NCBI GenBank assembly: GCA_040905565.1
Contig: JBBDRF010000021.1
Span: forward strand, 1-64,000
Direction: 5' to 3'
DNA length: 64,000 nt
Source: Phycisphaeraceae bacterium
GTDB taxonomy: Bacteria > Planctomycetota > Phycisphaerae > Phycisphaerales > Zrk34
Made by a program: the position numbers and the translations under genes. Shown piece by piece: positions 40,744 to 51,193 of the stretch. Under the pieces are notes generated by a model that saw nothing but the letters and a program-made list of their open reading frames with translations, was not told the DNA's origin and did no database searches. Position 1 is the first letter of the stretch, and each line of letters begins with the position of its first letter.

Positions 40744-41400
40744 TCAGCGACGGCTTTTGTGCTCGTAGAATTTACCGATCGTGGCCTGTGCGAACCGCTC
40801 CAGCGTGGCCAGGCGAATGGTGCGCTGGTCGGCGTTGAGGAGCCCGACTTCGCTGTCTGGCGGGTACTCGACCGAGACCGTGGTGGCGTAGACCAGATCG
40901 TTCGGGTTTGGCGCTTCGACCTCAGTGACGCCGATGTTCGCGGTCATCAACCCACGCCAGATGTTCACGTTGCCCGGTTCGTGCAGGCGGTAATCGACAA
41001 GCTCGACCACAACAAGCCGGTCGACCTCCAGCCGCTCCATCAGGTCGGCGTAGGACGAAGTATTCCAGTAGAGGTTACGCTGCTGAAACGTGATGATCTC
41101 GCGGGGATTGCGGACCGTGACGCCGGGCACGTGGTCGGTGAGGCGTTCTGAGAGAATCGTCGCAACTTCAAGCTGCGCCAACGGGTGTTCGAACACGACG
41201 CTCAGGTCCGCATCGACCAGCACCGCGACGCGCTGATTTTCAAGCTCGAGATATTCCGCGGGAACTTTGACCTCGGCATTAGGATCGACGAAGCCGTCGG
41301 CCAGCCACCCCGCAGCGACGCAACCCTGTGAGGCGAGAACGGCTGCCGCTGTAAGGGCAAGAGCAGCGGCGGGAATTGTGAGGCGGGGGAGGATATTCAT
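40744..41400 (-). CDS. Hypothetical lipoprotein
   Basis: Lipobox-like SQGC after a hydrophobic stretch; 16 bp from the paralogue. Confidence 0.8.
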   Translation of the reverse strand: MNILPRLTIPAAALALTAAAVLASQGCVAAGWLADGFVDPNAEVKVPAEYLELENQRVAVLVDADLSVVFEHPLAQLEVATILSERLTDHVPGVTVRNPREIITFQQRNLYWNTSSYADLMERLEVDRLVVVELVDYRLHEPGNVNIWRGLMTANIGVTEVEAPNPNDLVYATTVSVEYPPDSEVGLLNADQRTIRLATLERFAQATIGKFYEHKSRR

Positions 41401-41448
41401 GAGCGTGTGGTTCCGGTACAGACTGGACGTGCTGGGACTAAGGGGACA

Positions 41449-41907
41449 TTATCCCGCAGCGAGGCGTGTGAGCCAACCCGCGATCAAAACAAAAGCGATC
41501 AGGAGCAGACCCGAACGCCATCGCCTGGCAAGCGGCTGAACGAACGGCTCCAGCCGGGCGCCGGTGAAAGCGATGATACCCGCGATCCAGGCCGTCATCG
41601 CCAGTGCGAGGGCAAGGAGGGCGCCGGCGGGCTGAACGATGGCCGCTTCCATGAGTCGACCATGGGTGGCGAGCGTGAAAGCCGTCGTCATCCCACAGGT
41701 CGGACAGGCATACCCTCGCTCAGCCTGAAAGCTGCACTGCCCGAGTCCGAGTTGCTGATGCGTGCCGCTGCCGTACGGGTTCGCCTCAAGTTGGACGCCG
41801 ACGAGGAGCCAGCTTAAGCAGATGGCCAGCACCCCCGCTGCGATGCCGCGTGCGGGCCAGGAGGCTGGGGGGATGACGCTGGAGGTGACATGCATGCACG
41901 TCCACAT
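41449..41907 (-). CDS. DUF2752 family membrane protein
   Basis: GTHQQLGL..C..CPTCGMTTAF and TM segments; start uncertain. Confidence 0.82.
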   Translation of the reverse strand: MWTCMHVTSSVIPPASWPARGIAAGVLAICLSWLLVGVQLEANPYGSGTHQQLGLGQCSFQAERGYACPTCGMTTAFTLATHGRLMEAAIVQPAGALLALALAMTAWIAGIIAFTGARLEPFVQPLARRWRSGLLLIAFVLIAGWLTRLAAG

Positions 41908-42050
41908 TACGCGTGCAACACAGCGGCGGCAAGTCCATCGCGGCACCGGCCTAAGGGCGAGTCGGCTCCTCTGAACGGTGGCGAAGATTCGTGTTCGCCG
42001 ATCGCGAACCTGTTAACATAGCTGCGACACGCTTATGCAAAGGATCTGCC

Positions 42051-43025
42051 ATGAATCAGGCGACGACACGACGGGAATGGCTACAGGGAACCGCAGCTGT
42101 CATGGCGGGGGCCGCTGTCGGTAGGGGGGCCGCGCCGGCGATGGCTGCGACCACTGCCTCCGCGCCACAGTACGCCTTTTCCTATTGCCTGAACACCGCC
42201 ACGATCCAAGGGCAGGCGCTGTCGCTTCGTGAACAGGTCGAGGTGGCGATCGCTGCGGGCTACCAGGCACTCGAGCCTTGGGTGCGTGACGTGAAGGCCT
42301 ACGCCGACGGCGGCGGCTCGCTGGAAGACATCGCCAAGCTCGCAGCCGACGGCGGGCTGCAGATCGTCAGCGGCATCGGCTTCCCGCAGTGGATCAACGA
42401 CGATGCCGACGTTCGCGCCGAAGCGCTCCAGCAGGTGCGTGGCGAGATGCAGCTGCTCCATCGGATCGGCAGCAGGCACATTGCCGCTCCGCCCGTCGGC
42501 GCCACTAACGGACGCTTGCTTGAACTCGATGCCGTCGCCGAGCGCTATCACGCGCTGCTTAAGGTGGGACGCGAAATGGGTGTCGTGCCTCAGGTCGAGG
42601 TCTGGGGATTCTCGAAGAACCTGAGGCGGCTCAGCGAGGCCATCTACGTCGCCGCCGAGGCCGGTCACGCCGATGCCTGTGTTCTCGCCGATGCCTACCA
42701 TCTGTACAAGGGCGGGTCGGCCTTTGAGGGAGTGCGTCAGCTCAGCCGGCAGGCCACGCACTGCTTCCACATCAACGACTACCCCGACACGCCCCCCGCC
42801 GAGATCGGTGACGCCGACCGCATCTTCCCAGGCGACGGTGTCGGGCCCGTCGCGGACATGGTGCGCGCTCTCGCGCAGAACGGCTGCCGCTGTCACCTCT
42901 CACTCGAACTGTTCAACCGGACCTATTGGGCGCAGGATGCGCTGAAGGTCGCCAAGGCCGGGCTCGCCAAGACGCGGCAGGTGGTCGAGCAGGCGCTGCA
43001 GGATCTCCCAGCCTCCGAAGCCTGA
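42051..43025 (+). CDS. Sugar phosphate isomerase/epimerase TIM barrel (Tat)
   Basis: TRREWL; EVWG, DAYH, HIND, D-x-DR, SLELF metal-ligand motifs. Confidence 0.9.
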   Translation: MNQATTRREWLQGTAAVMAGAAVGRGAAPAMAATTASAPQYAFSYCLNTATIQGQALSLREQVEVAIAAGYQALEPWVRDVKAYADGGGSLEDIAKLAADGGLQIVSGIGFPQWINDDADVRAEALQQVRGEMQLLHRIGSRHIAAPPVGATNGRLLELDAVAERYHALLKVGREMGVVPQVEVWGFSKNLRRLSEAIYVAAEAGHADACVLADAYHLYKGGSAFEGVRQLSRQATHCFHINDYPDTPPAEIGDADRIFPGDGVGPVADMVRALAQNGCRCHLSLELFNRTYWAQDALKVAKAGLAKTRQVVEQALQDLPASEA

Positions 43026-43035
43026 TACCGGTCCC

Positions 43036-44073
43036 TCAGAAGCCGGTCCCGGTGGTCGTGGTGCGGAGGCGAATCAGGTGCTGGTTCGCGGTGATATAAA
43101 GGGTGCTGCCGTCTTCGCCGAACGCGCAGTTGGCGGTAGGGCGGCCGGTCAGAATGGTGCCGAGGTGGGTACCGTCGGGCGAGATGATCAGCACGCCGCC
43201 TGGCCCCGTTGCGAAGAGGTTGCCGTGCTGATCGACCTTTAAGCCATCGGGCGAGCCGGGACGATCATCCGTCGCCAGTTCGGTCGCATCGAAGAAAACG
43301 CGACCGTTGGCGATGCTTCCATCGTCCTGCACGTCGTAGGCCATCCAGATCGCGCGGTTGCGGTCGGAATTGGCCACGTAAAGCGTCTTCTGATCGGGCG
43401 AGAAGGCGATGCCGTTGGGCCGATCAATTTCCTTCGTCAGCAGCGTCACGGTGCCGTCGGGATCGATGCGGTACACGCCGTGGAAATCCAGTTCGCGGGA
43501 GGGATCGTTGATGCCGCGCGCCAGGCCGTAGGGCGGGTCTGTGAAGTAGATCGCACCGTTTGAGTGAATGGCGAGGTCGTTGGGGCTGTTGAAGCGTTTG
43601 CCGTCGTAGCGATCGGCGAGGGTGACCTTTTCGCCGTTGGGCTCATCTAGCGAGACCAGGCGACTCACGCGACGGTCGCCATGCTCGCAGAGAACCAGGT
43701 GCCCCTCGGCGTCGATCGCCAGACCGTTGGACCCTGGCTCGCGGCCGCCGTCGGCTTCGCCGGTGAAGCCAGACGGCTGCATGAACACCGACAGGCCCGC
43801 ACCTTCCTTCCAGCGGTAGATGGTGTTGCGCGGTATATCGCTCAGCAGCACGTACCCGCCGTCGCTGACCCACACCGGCCCCTCCGACCACCGGAACCCC
43901 TCGGCCAGGATCTCGATCTCGGCATCATCCGCGAGCAGGGCATCAAGGCGATCATCCAGCCGCTCGATCGCCCCAAACGTTCCCGTCGCTTCGGACTGCG
44001 CCTGAACGTCCTGACTGAGCAGGCACAGGAATCCCATCGCCACCGCCGCGAGCATCGTTTCAACGTTGCGCAT
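43036..44073 (-). CDS. SMP-30/gluconolactonase family protein
   Basis: WSEGPVW, GSNGL, FNSPND, FTDPPYG, PNGIAFSPD, PDGLKVD. Confidence 0.93.
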   Translation of the reverse strand: MRNVETMLAAVAMGFLCLLSQDVQAQSEATGTFGAIERLDDRLDALLADDAEIEILAEGFRWSEGPVWVSDGGYVLLSDIPRNTIYRWKEGAGLSVFMQPSGFTGEADGGREPGSNGLAIDAEGHLVLCEHGDRRVSRLVSLDEPNGEKVTLADRYDGKRFNSPNDLAIHSNGAIYFTDPPYGLARGINDPSRELDFHGVYRIDPDGTVTLLTKEIDRPNGIAFSPDQKTLYVANSDRNRAIWMAYDVQDDGSIANGRVFFDATELATDDRPGSPDGLKVDQHGNLFATGPGGVLIISPDGTHLGTILTGRPTANCAFGEDGSTLYITANQHLIRLRTTTTGTGF

Positions 44074-44300
44074 GATGAACCTTTCATCGAAAAAGTGCTG
44101 TAAGCGATGATCCCACAAATCCCAAGAATGGACAACGCCGACTGTGCCGAAAAGGACGACGTAACGATGTGGGGGAATCGCCGTAAAGCAAGTTCATCCC
44201 GGAAGCACTACAATCGGCATATTCGTGCCCCTTTCACGTCGGCTGCGATCCGACACCGGGGCTGAGCCAAAGAGAACCGCATTCCGCGAAAGGCCAACCC

Positions 44301-44729
44301 ATGGCATCTGCCAAGCAAGGCGACACCGTCAAGGTCCACTACACCGGCAAACTGACCGACGGGACGGTGTTCGATTCATCGCTCCAGCGCGAGCCGATCA
44401 CCTTCACACTCGGCGAAGGCCAGATCATCCCCGGCTTCGAGAAGGCCGTCGAAGGCATGGAGCCCGGCGAAAAGACCAGCATCACCATCCCCGCCGACGA
44501 AGCCTACGGCCAGCGTGACGAGGAAGCTGTCGCCAAGATCGAACGCAGCCAGCTTCCTGAGGATCTCAAGCCCGAGGTCGGTCAGCAACTTCAGGTGCAG
44601 AAGCCCGATGGTCAGCCCGTGGCCGTGCGCGTCGCTGAGGTTGATGATGACAGCATCACGATCGACACGAACCACCCGCTCGCAGGCAAAGATCTCGCCT
44701 TTGAGTTGGAACTGGTCGAGGTGGCTTGA
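44301..44729 (+). CDS. FKBP-type peptidyl-prolyl isomerase (SlyD/SlpA-like, no His-rich tail)
   Basis: VKVHYTG..FDSS..IPGFE..AYG..DTNHPLAGKDLAF. Confidence 0.93.
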   Translation: MASAKQGDTVKVHYTGKLTDGTVFDSSLQREPITFTLGEGQIIPGFEKAVEGMEPGEKTSITIPADEAYGQRDEEAVAKIERSQLPEDLKPEVGQQLQVQKPDGQPVAVRVAEVDDDSITIDTNHPLAGKDLAFELELVEVA

Positions 44730-44837
44730 GCACCTTTTTTTGTCGCTTGATCTAACGCCGTAATTGAAGAGCTGCTAAAGACAAACTATCATTCAGTTGA
44801 TAACTTGTTGGATACTGTCGACCGTCAGGAAACAGTT

Positions 44838-47800
44838 ATGGCTTCTCGTACGTTTGCTGCGATTCTGGTGTCCACGGCTCTGTTCATCGCCACACCGGCG
44901 ATTGCCAACGACGGCGAGATTGACTTCAATCGCGACATCCGGCCCATCCTTTCCAGCAGTTGCTTCACCTGCCACGGTCCTGATGAGGACGAACGCAAGG
45001 CTGAGCTTCGGCTGGATACGCGTGTTGGGGCGATTGCCGACCTCGGCGACGGCGCAGGTGCCGTCGTCCCGGGCGACCCTGATGCCAGCGAACTCATGGG
45101 TCGCGTTACCGCTGAGTCTGATCGCCACATCATGCCTCCGCCTGAGGCAGGCGATCGGCTCACCGAGGAGCAGATCGCCACGCTGCGTCAGTGGATCGCT
45201 GAGGGGGCGGTTTACGCGGAGCACTGGGCCTACGTGCAGCCCCAGCGGCCAGCCGTGCCCGAAGTCAGCGATGGCGACTGGCCTCAAACGGCGGTCGATC
45301 ATTTCATTCTGCGTCGGCTCGAGGCGGAGCATCTTCAGCCGAGCCCCCAGGCCGATCGTTACGCGTTGATTCGTCGCGTGGCGCTGGATCTCACCGGGCT
45401 GCCGCCGACGGTCGCCGAGGTCGATGCTTTCGTCGCCGACGAGGGGGCCGGTGCGTATGAGCGGATGGTCGACCGGATGCTCGCCAAGCCCGCCTTCGGT
45501 GAACACTGGGCCCGCTTCTGGCTGGACATGGCCCGTTACGCCGACTCGGCCGGCTATGCCGACGACATCCCGCGCACAATCTGGGGTTATCGCGATTGGG
45601 TGATTCGTGCCCTGAACGACAACATGCCGTTCGATCAGTTCACCATCGAGCAGCTGGCGGGCGACCTGCTTGAGGATCCGACCGATCAGCAGTTGGTCGC
45701 CACCGCCTTCCATCGCAACACGCAAACCAACAACGAAGGCGGCTCGGATGCGGAAGAATATCGCAGCGTGGCTGTGGTCGATCGCCTGAACACCACCTTT
45801 GAAGTGTGGATGGGCACCACGATGGCCTGCGCCCAGTGCCACACGCACAAATACGATCCGATCACGCTGGAAGAGTATTTCCAGGCCTACGCGTTTTTCA
45901 ATCAGTCAGCGGACAACAACCGCCGCGACGAAGCACCGGTTCATACCTTCTATCTGCAGCAGGAGAAGGAGCGTGAAGCGTGGAAGGCTGAGATTGCAGC
46001 GCTCGAGCGAACGCTGCGGACGCCGAACGAAGAGCTGCTCGCAGGTTTCGAGCGGTGGCATCAAAGGCAGACGCAGCCGGCGGCGTGGCGGAATGTGACG
46101 CCCGCCGTTGTGACACCCGCCGATGGTGCCGGGGTTGCGATTCAAGAGGATGGCACCGTTGTGGTGGAACGCGGCGCGGAGCAGCGCACGGACACGGTGG
46201 AGATTCCGCTGGAAGGCATCGATCGGTTCGCGGGTTTGCGGCTACGCGGGGAACAGGGTCATACCGATCATCGCAATTTCGTGGTGACGGCTGTGCGAGG
46301 GGAGATAATTCCGCCCGCCGCGACGGTAAGTGAACCGCAGCCAGTCGAGTTCGCGGCCGCTTTTGCCGACTATTCGCAGCCGCGTTTCCAGGCCGGTTCG
46401 CTGCTGGAGGCCGACGGCTCCGGGTGGGCGGTCGGCGGCGGGACCGACGTTCCGCGCCATCTCACGTTGACCGTGGCCGAGGCGATGCCGATAGCTCCCG
46501 GGTCCACGCTCAGGCTCATCATCGAGCAGCAGTCGCCTTATGCGTTTCATACGCTCAAGCGTTTCGGCCTTGAAGTGACCGATGCGGTGGAAGTCATCAA
46601 CCTCGCCGCGGTCCCGCAGCCGATCGTCGATCTGCTCACCGCCGACGCCGACACGCTCGCCGCTGATCAGCGTGAGCTGCTGCTGCACTACTATCTTGCC
46701 GAGGTCGCCGAGCCGCTCGCACCTGAGCGCGAGCGCCTTGCCACGCTCCAAAAAGCGATGGACGAGATGCCCAAAGCAAGCGTCCCCGTCATGCGGGAGT
46801 TGCCCGAGGCTAAGCAGCGGACCACGCGCATCCAGTACCGCGGCAACTTCCTGGACCTCGGCCCCGAAGTTTCCGCCGACGTCCCCGATGCCTTCCCCGC
46901 ACTGCCCGAAGGCGAGCCTCGCAATCGCCTCACACTTGCCCGCTGGCTCGTCAGCGACGAGAACCCGCTGACGGCCCGCGTCACGGTCAACCGTTTCTGG
47001 GAGCAGATCTTCGGCACCGGGATCGTCGGCACCAGCGAAGAGTTCGGCTCCCAGGGTGATCTGCCAACGCACCCCGACCTGCTCGACTGGCTCGCGGTCG
47101 ACTTCATGGAAAACGGCTGGGATATCAAACACCTGCTGCGCACCATCGTCACCAGTGCGGCCTACCGCCAGTCCTCGCGTGTGGATTCGCAGCTGCTCGA
47201 CGCCGACCCGGACAACCGCCTGCTCGCCCGAGGCCCCCGCATCCGCCTTAACGCCGAGGCCATCCGCGACAGCGCCCTCGCGTCCGCCGGTCTGCTGAGC
47301 GACAAGATGTACGGCCCCTCCGTCCGCCCCCCCCAGCCGAACGTCGGGCTCAGTGCCGCGTTCGGCGGCGGGATCGACTGGCAAACCAGCGAAGGCGAAG
47401 ACCGCTACCGCCGCGGGCTCTACACCACCTGGCGACGGTCGAACCCCTACCCCTCCATGGCCACCTTCAACGCGCCCAGCCGTGAGATCTGCATCGTCAA
47501 TCGCGATCGCACGAACACGCCGCTGCAGGCGCTGGTGACCCTGAACGATCCCGTCTTCGTCGAAGCGGCCCAAGGCCTCGCCCGCCGGATGATCGATGGA
47601 GCGGACGACGCCGCCGCCCGCGCCACGCTCGGCTTCCGCATCGTCCTGGCGCGGCATCCCGAGCCCGCTGAGGTTGAAGCCCTGGTCGCCCTTCACGCCG
47701 ACGCCTACGACGAATACGCCGATCAGCCGGAACAGGCCAACGCCATGGCGACCGATCCGCTGGGGCCCCTCCCCGATGGTGCCGACACAGCGGAATACGC

Positions 47801-47861
47801 AGCCTGGACCGTCGTTGCGAACGTCCTGCTGAACCTCGACGAGGCCCTGATGAAGCGCTGA
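44838..47861 (+). CDS. Planctomycete cytochrome c / DUF1549 / DUF1553 protein, module 4
   Basis: CFTCH, CAQCH; FGEHWARFWLDMARY; NPLTARVTVNRFW; beta-rich insert (ADYSQ..GWAV). Confidence 0.93.
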   Translation: MASRTFAAILVSTALFIATPAIANDGEIDFNRDIRPILSSSCFTCHGPDEDERKAELRLDTRVGAIADLGDGAGAVVPGDPDASELMGRVTAESDRHIMPPPEAGDRLTEEQIATLRQWIAEGAVYAEHWAYVQPQRPAVPEVSDGDWPQTAVDHFILRRLEAEHLQPSPQADRYALIRRVALDLTGLPPTVAEVDAFVADEGAGAYERMVDRMLAKPAFGEHWARFWLDMARYADSAGYADDIPRTIWGYRDWVIRALNDNMPFDQFTIEQLAGDLLEDPTDQQLVATAFHRNTQTNNEGGSDAEEYRSVAVVDRLNTTFEVWMGTTMACAQCHTHKYDPITLEEYFQAYAFFNQSADNNRRDEAPVHTFYLQQEKEREAWKAEIAALERTLRTPNEELLAGFERWHQRQTQPAAWRNVTPAVVTPADGAGVAIQEDGTVVVERGAEQRTDTVEIPLEGIDRFAGLRLRGEQGHTDHRNFVVTAVRGEIIPPAATVSEPQPVEFAAAFADYSQPRFQAGSLLEADGSGWAVGGGTDVPRHLTLTVAEAMPIAPGSTLRLIIEQQSPYAFHTLKRFGLEVTDAVEVINLAAVPQPIVDLLTADADTLAADQRELLLHYYLAEVAEPLAPERERLATLQKAMDEMPKASVPVMRELPEAKQRTTRIQYRGNFLDLGPEVSADVPDAFPALPEGEPRNRLTLARWLVSDENPLTARVTVNRFWEQIFGTGIVGTSEEFGSQGDLPTHPDLLDWLAVDFMENGWDIKHLLRTIVTSAAYRQSSRVDSQLLDADPDNRLLARGPRIRLNAEAIRDSALASAGLLSDKMYGPSVRPPQPNVGLSAAFGGGIDWQTSEGEDRYRRGLYTTWRRSNPYPSMATFNAPSREICIVNRDRTNTPLQALVTLNDPVFVEAAQGLARRMIDGADDAAARATLGFRIVLARHPEPAEVEALVALHADAYDEYADQPEQANAMATDPLGPLPDGADTAEYAAWTVVANVLLNLDEALMKR

Positions 47862-47883
47862 TAGCCGCGATACGGAGCGACCC

Positions 47884-49338
47884 ATGCATCCCCGACTCGA
47901 GCAGATCCAACTCGCCACCCGGCGTCATTTCCTTTCCGACGTCGGCAAAGTCAGCCTCGGCTCCATCGCGCTGAACAACATGCTCGGGACCTCAGCTAAC
48001 GCTGCGCCAGAGGCGCGCACCAACCCCCTTGCTGCGAAACAGCCGCACCACACGCCCCGGGCAAAGCGTGTCATCTACATCCATCTGACCGGCTCGCCGC
48101 CGAACCTGGACATGTTCGATTACAAGCCGAAGCTGAACGAACTTGATGGCCAGCCGTGCCCCGATTCGTACATTGAGGGCAAGCGTTTCGCCTTCACCAC
48201 CGGAACGCCGAACATCCTCGGTTCCCCGCGTCAGTTCGCCCGCTACGGCCACAGCGGCATGTGGATGTCCGACGCCGTCCCGCACCTGCACAGCGTCGCC
48301 GACGAGATGTGCATGATCCGCTCCATGAACACCGACCAGTTCAATCATGCCCCCGCCGAACTGCTCATGCTCGCGGGGCATCCCAGGCCCGGTCGGCCTT
48401 CGCTGGGTTCGTGGGTCAGCTACGGCCTCGGCACGGAAAACGCGAACCTGCCCGGATTCGTCGTCCTCATCTCCAGCGGTGTTCAGCCGAACGCCGGGCA
48501 AAACTCCTACGGCTCCGGGTTCCTCCCCTCGGTCTACCAGGGCGTCCAGTGCCGATCCAGCGGCGACCCCGTCCTCTACGTCTCCAACCCGCCGGGCATG
48601 GATCGTCCCATGCGCCGCCGCAGCCTCGACACCCTCAACGAACTCAACCAGCGCCAGGCGAACGAACTGGCGCACCCCGAAACCCTCACGCGCATCGCCC
48701 AGTACGAACTGGCCTTCCGCATGCAGACCTCCGTCCCAGAAGTGATGGATATCTCACGCGAACCCGAAAGCGTCCTCGACTGGTACGGCGCGAAGCCCGG
48801 CGGCGGGAACTTCGCCAGCAACTGCCTGCTCGCCAGACGCCTTGTCGAACAGGGCGTCCGCTTCGTTCAGCTCTTCGACTGGGGCTGGGATTTCCACGGC
48901 ACCAACCCCGGCGAAGACATCCGCGATGGCCTCACGAATAAAGCCGCCACCATGGATCGTCCCGTGGCCGCACTCATCAAAGATCTCAAGCAACGCGGCC
49001 TGCTGGAGGACACCCTCATCGTCTGGGGCGGTGAGTTCGGCCGCACGCCCTTCCGCGAAGGCCGCACCTCGTCCGGCGACATCCTCGGCCGCGACCATTA
49101 CCCCGACGCATTCAGCATGTGGATGGCCGGCGCAGGCGTGAAAGGCGGTATGACCTACGGTGAATCCGACGACCTCGGCTTCTCCGTCATCCGCGACAAA
49201 GTTCACATCCACGACCTTCAGGCCACGCTCCTGCATCTCGTGGGCTTCGATCACGAACGGCTCACCCACCGCTTCCAGGGTCGTGATTTCCGACTCACCG
49301 ACGTCCACGGCCACGTCGTCAAAGACATCCTCAGCTGA
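47884..49338 (+). CDS. DUF1501 domain protein (Tat), module 4
   Basis: TRRHFL; DMFDYKP; WDFH; GGEFGRTP; RDH; GRDFRLTDV. Confidence 0.93.
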   Translation: MHPRLEQIQLATRRHFLSDVGKVSLGSIALNNMLGTSANAAPEARTNPLAAKQPHHTPRAKRVIYIHLTGSPPNLDMFDYKPKLNELDGQPCPDSYIEGKRFAFTTGTPNILGSPRQFARYGHSGMWMSDAVPHLHSVADEMCMIRSMNTDQFNHAPAELLMLAGHPRPGRPSLGSWVSYGLGTENANLPGFVVLISSGVQPNAGQNSYGSGFLPSVYQGVQCRSSGDPVLYVSNPPGMDRPMRRRSLDTLNELNQRQANELAHPETLTRIAQYELAFRMQTSVPEVMDISREPESVLDWYGAKPGGGNFASNCLLARRLVEQGVRFVQLFDWGWDFHGTNPGEDIRDGLTNKAATMDRPVAALIKDLKQRGLLEDTLIVWGGEFGRTPFREGRTSSGDILGRDHYPDAFSMWMAGAGVKGGMTYGESDDLGFSVIRDKVHIHDLQATLLHLVGFDHERLTHRFQGRDFRLTDVHGHVVKDILS

Positions 49339-49399
49339 TGCTTCGCCCGCCGAACCGGCGGTCGCCGCCACATCGCGGCATCCTTGTTAATATGCATCA

Positions 49400-50377
49400 A
49401 TGTTGAATCTTCTCCTGTTGCTACTCGGCCTCGCGCTGCTCGTCGCCGGCGGTGAATTCCTCGTACGCGGGGCGTCCACGCTTGCCGCCCGGCTGGGCGT
49501 TGCACCGGTGATCGTCGGCATGACCGTGGTCGCCTTCGGCACCAGTACGCCCGAACTTGTGGTCAACCTCGCGGCGGCGCTCCGGGGCGACAGCGCCATC
49601 GGCTTCGGCAACGTGGTGGGCTCGAACATCGCCAACGTCGGCCTGCTTCTGGGGATCGTGGCGCTGACCTACCCGCTGGTCATTCACCGCTCGATCGTCA
49701 CCCGTGAAATCCCCATGATGCTGCTCGCCAGCGTCGCTGCGATCATCCTTGCATTCGACGGCCTGACGGACGGCGGGGCCGACACCTTCGCCCGAAGCGA
49801 CGGCCTCATCCTGCTGCTGTTCTTCTGCGTCTTCCTCTACTACACGCTCAGCGAGGCATTGCGGCAGCGCGAAACCGACATCTTCGTCACCGAACTGGTC
49901 GCCACGACCGAGCGGCCGAACCAGCCGCCCGTGCCCCGTTGGCGCATTGCGAGTCTGGTCGTCGGCGGGCTGCTCTTGCTGATTGCCGGCGGCGAACTGA
50001 CCTTCCGCGGAGCCGTGGGGTTCGCCCAGGCTTTGGGCATCTCCGAGGTGATCATCGGTCTGACGATCGTCGCCGTCGGCACAAGTCTGCCGGAGTTGGC
50101 GACTTCCTTCGTCGCCGCCCGACGTGGCCAGACGGATATGGCCGTCGGCAACATCGTCGGCTCGAACATTTTCAATCTGCTGTTTATATGGGGGCTGACC
50201 GTCATGATCACGCCGACCGCGATGCCTGCGGGCGGACGCGTCGACCTGCTCGTGATGACGGCTTTCGCGGTCGTGCTGCTTCCGATGGCACTGACGCAGC
50301 AGCGGCTTTCACGGCTCGAGGGAGGCGTCCTTGCGCTAGGCTACTGTGCTTACATCGGATGGCTGGCGATGCGGTAG
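49400..50377 (+). CDS. Calcium/sodium antiporter (YrbG-like)
   Basis: Two alpha repeats: GTSTPE..GNVVGSN and GTSLPE..GNIVGSN. Confidence 0.93.
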   Translation: MLNLLLLLLGLALLVAGGEFLVRGASTLAARLGVAPVIVGMTVVAFGTSTPELVVNLAAALRGDSAIGFGNVVGSNIANVGLLLGIVALTYPLVIHRSIVTREIPMMLLASVAAIILAFDGLTDGGADTFARSDGLILLLFFCVFLYYTLSEALRQRETDIFVTELVATTERPNQPPVPRWRIASLVVGGLLLLIAGGELTFRGAVGFAQALGISEVIIGLTIVAVGTSLPELATSFVAARRGQTDMAVGNIVGSNIFNLLFIWGLTVMITPTAMPAGGRVDLLVMTAFAVVLLPMALTQQRLSRLEGGVLALGYCAYIGWLAMR

Positions 50378-50389
50378 CTTCACGCTGCC

Positions 50390-51115
50390 TCACAGCACGC
50401 TCGGCTTCTGATCGCGCCAGCGGCTGAACAATTCGACGGCGAGCCAGGCGAACGCTGCCCATGCGATCCCCGCCGCCCAGCCCGCGAGCACATCCGTCGG
50501 ATAATGCACGCCGAGGTAAACGCGTGTCATGCCGACTGCCCCGGTCAGCAGCACCGCCACGGTCATGATGTACAACTTGAGACGCCGCCTGCGGACCATC
50601 CGCGCCAGCATCGCCGCGAGCGTCAGGTAGATAATCGCCGAGTTCATCGCGTGCCCGCTGGGGAAGGCCGGCGTGCTTACCGTCGTCAGGTGCAACGCTT
50701 CCATCGGCCTCGGCCTCGCCACCAGAAGCTTCAGCCCGTGCGTGATCAACAAGCCGCTCAGCGTGACGGTGAGGATCATGATCAGTTGCTGATACGCACG
50801 CGCCAGCAGAAGAAAACCGCTCACCGCCAGAATTGCCAGCGTTAGCACCGAATAGCCGCCCAGCGCTGTCACATCCAGCGCCGCCTGCTCCAACCAGTCC
50901 GGCCCCACCGGCGTGTGCGGCGGCTCATCAGCCCGCAACGCCAGAACGATGGATTCGTCCAGCGAGCGGTACTCACCCTCGAGCACCTCATCGGTCACCT
51001 CAATGAACACCCACGTCCCCACCACCAACGCGAACAGCGCCAGCAGCAGCCCGAATTCCCGGCCGAGCCATCCTCTCGCTTGCTGCTTCATCCTTCGCCA
51101 ATTCGCCATCTGCAC
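50390..51115 (-). CDS. Membrane PAP2 family phosphatase
   Basis: K-x4-RPRP, FPSGH, TRVYLGVHYPTDV. Confidence 0.92.
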   Translation of the reverse strand: MQMANWRRMKQQARGWLGREFGLLLALFALVVGTWVFIEVTDEVLEGEYRSLDESIVLALRADEPPHTPVGPDWLEQAALDVTALGGYSVLTLAILAVSGFLLLARAYQQLIMILTVTLSGLLITHGLKLLVARPRPMEALHLTTVSTPAFPSGHAMNSAIIYLTLAAMLARMVRRRRLKLYIMTVAVLLTGAVGMTRVYLGVHYPTDVLAGWAAGIAWAAFAWLAVELFSRWRDQKPSVL

Positions 51116-51193
51116 AAACCCCCAAGGATGCGCGGCGGTAACCCTGCTCCCGAAATGATAGCCAACCCCGTCTCGCCTGCTGCCCCCCCGAAC

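Noticed and set aside
47327..47334. C8 tract in the module 4 cytochrome gene, and G8 at 40048-40055
   Set aside because: The first encodes a Pro-Pro also present in module 5 (KPPQP) and lies late in the gene; the second is intergenic between convergent genes.
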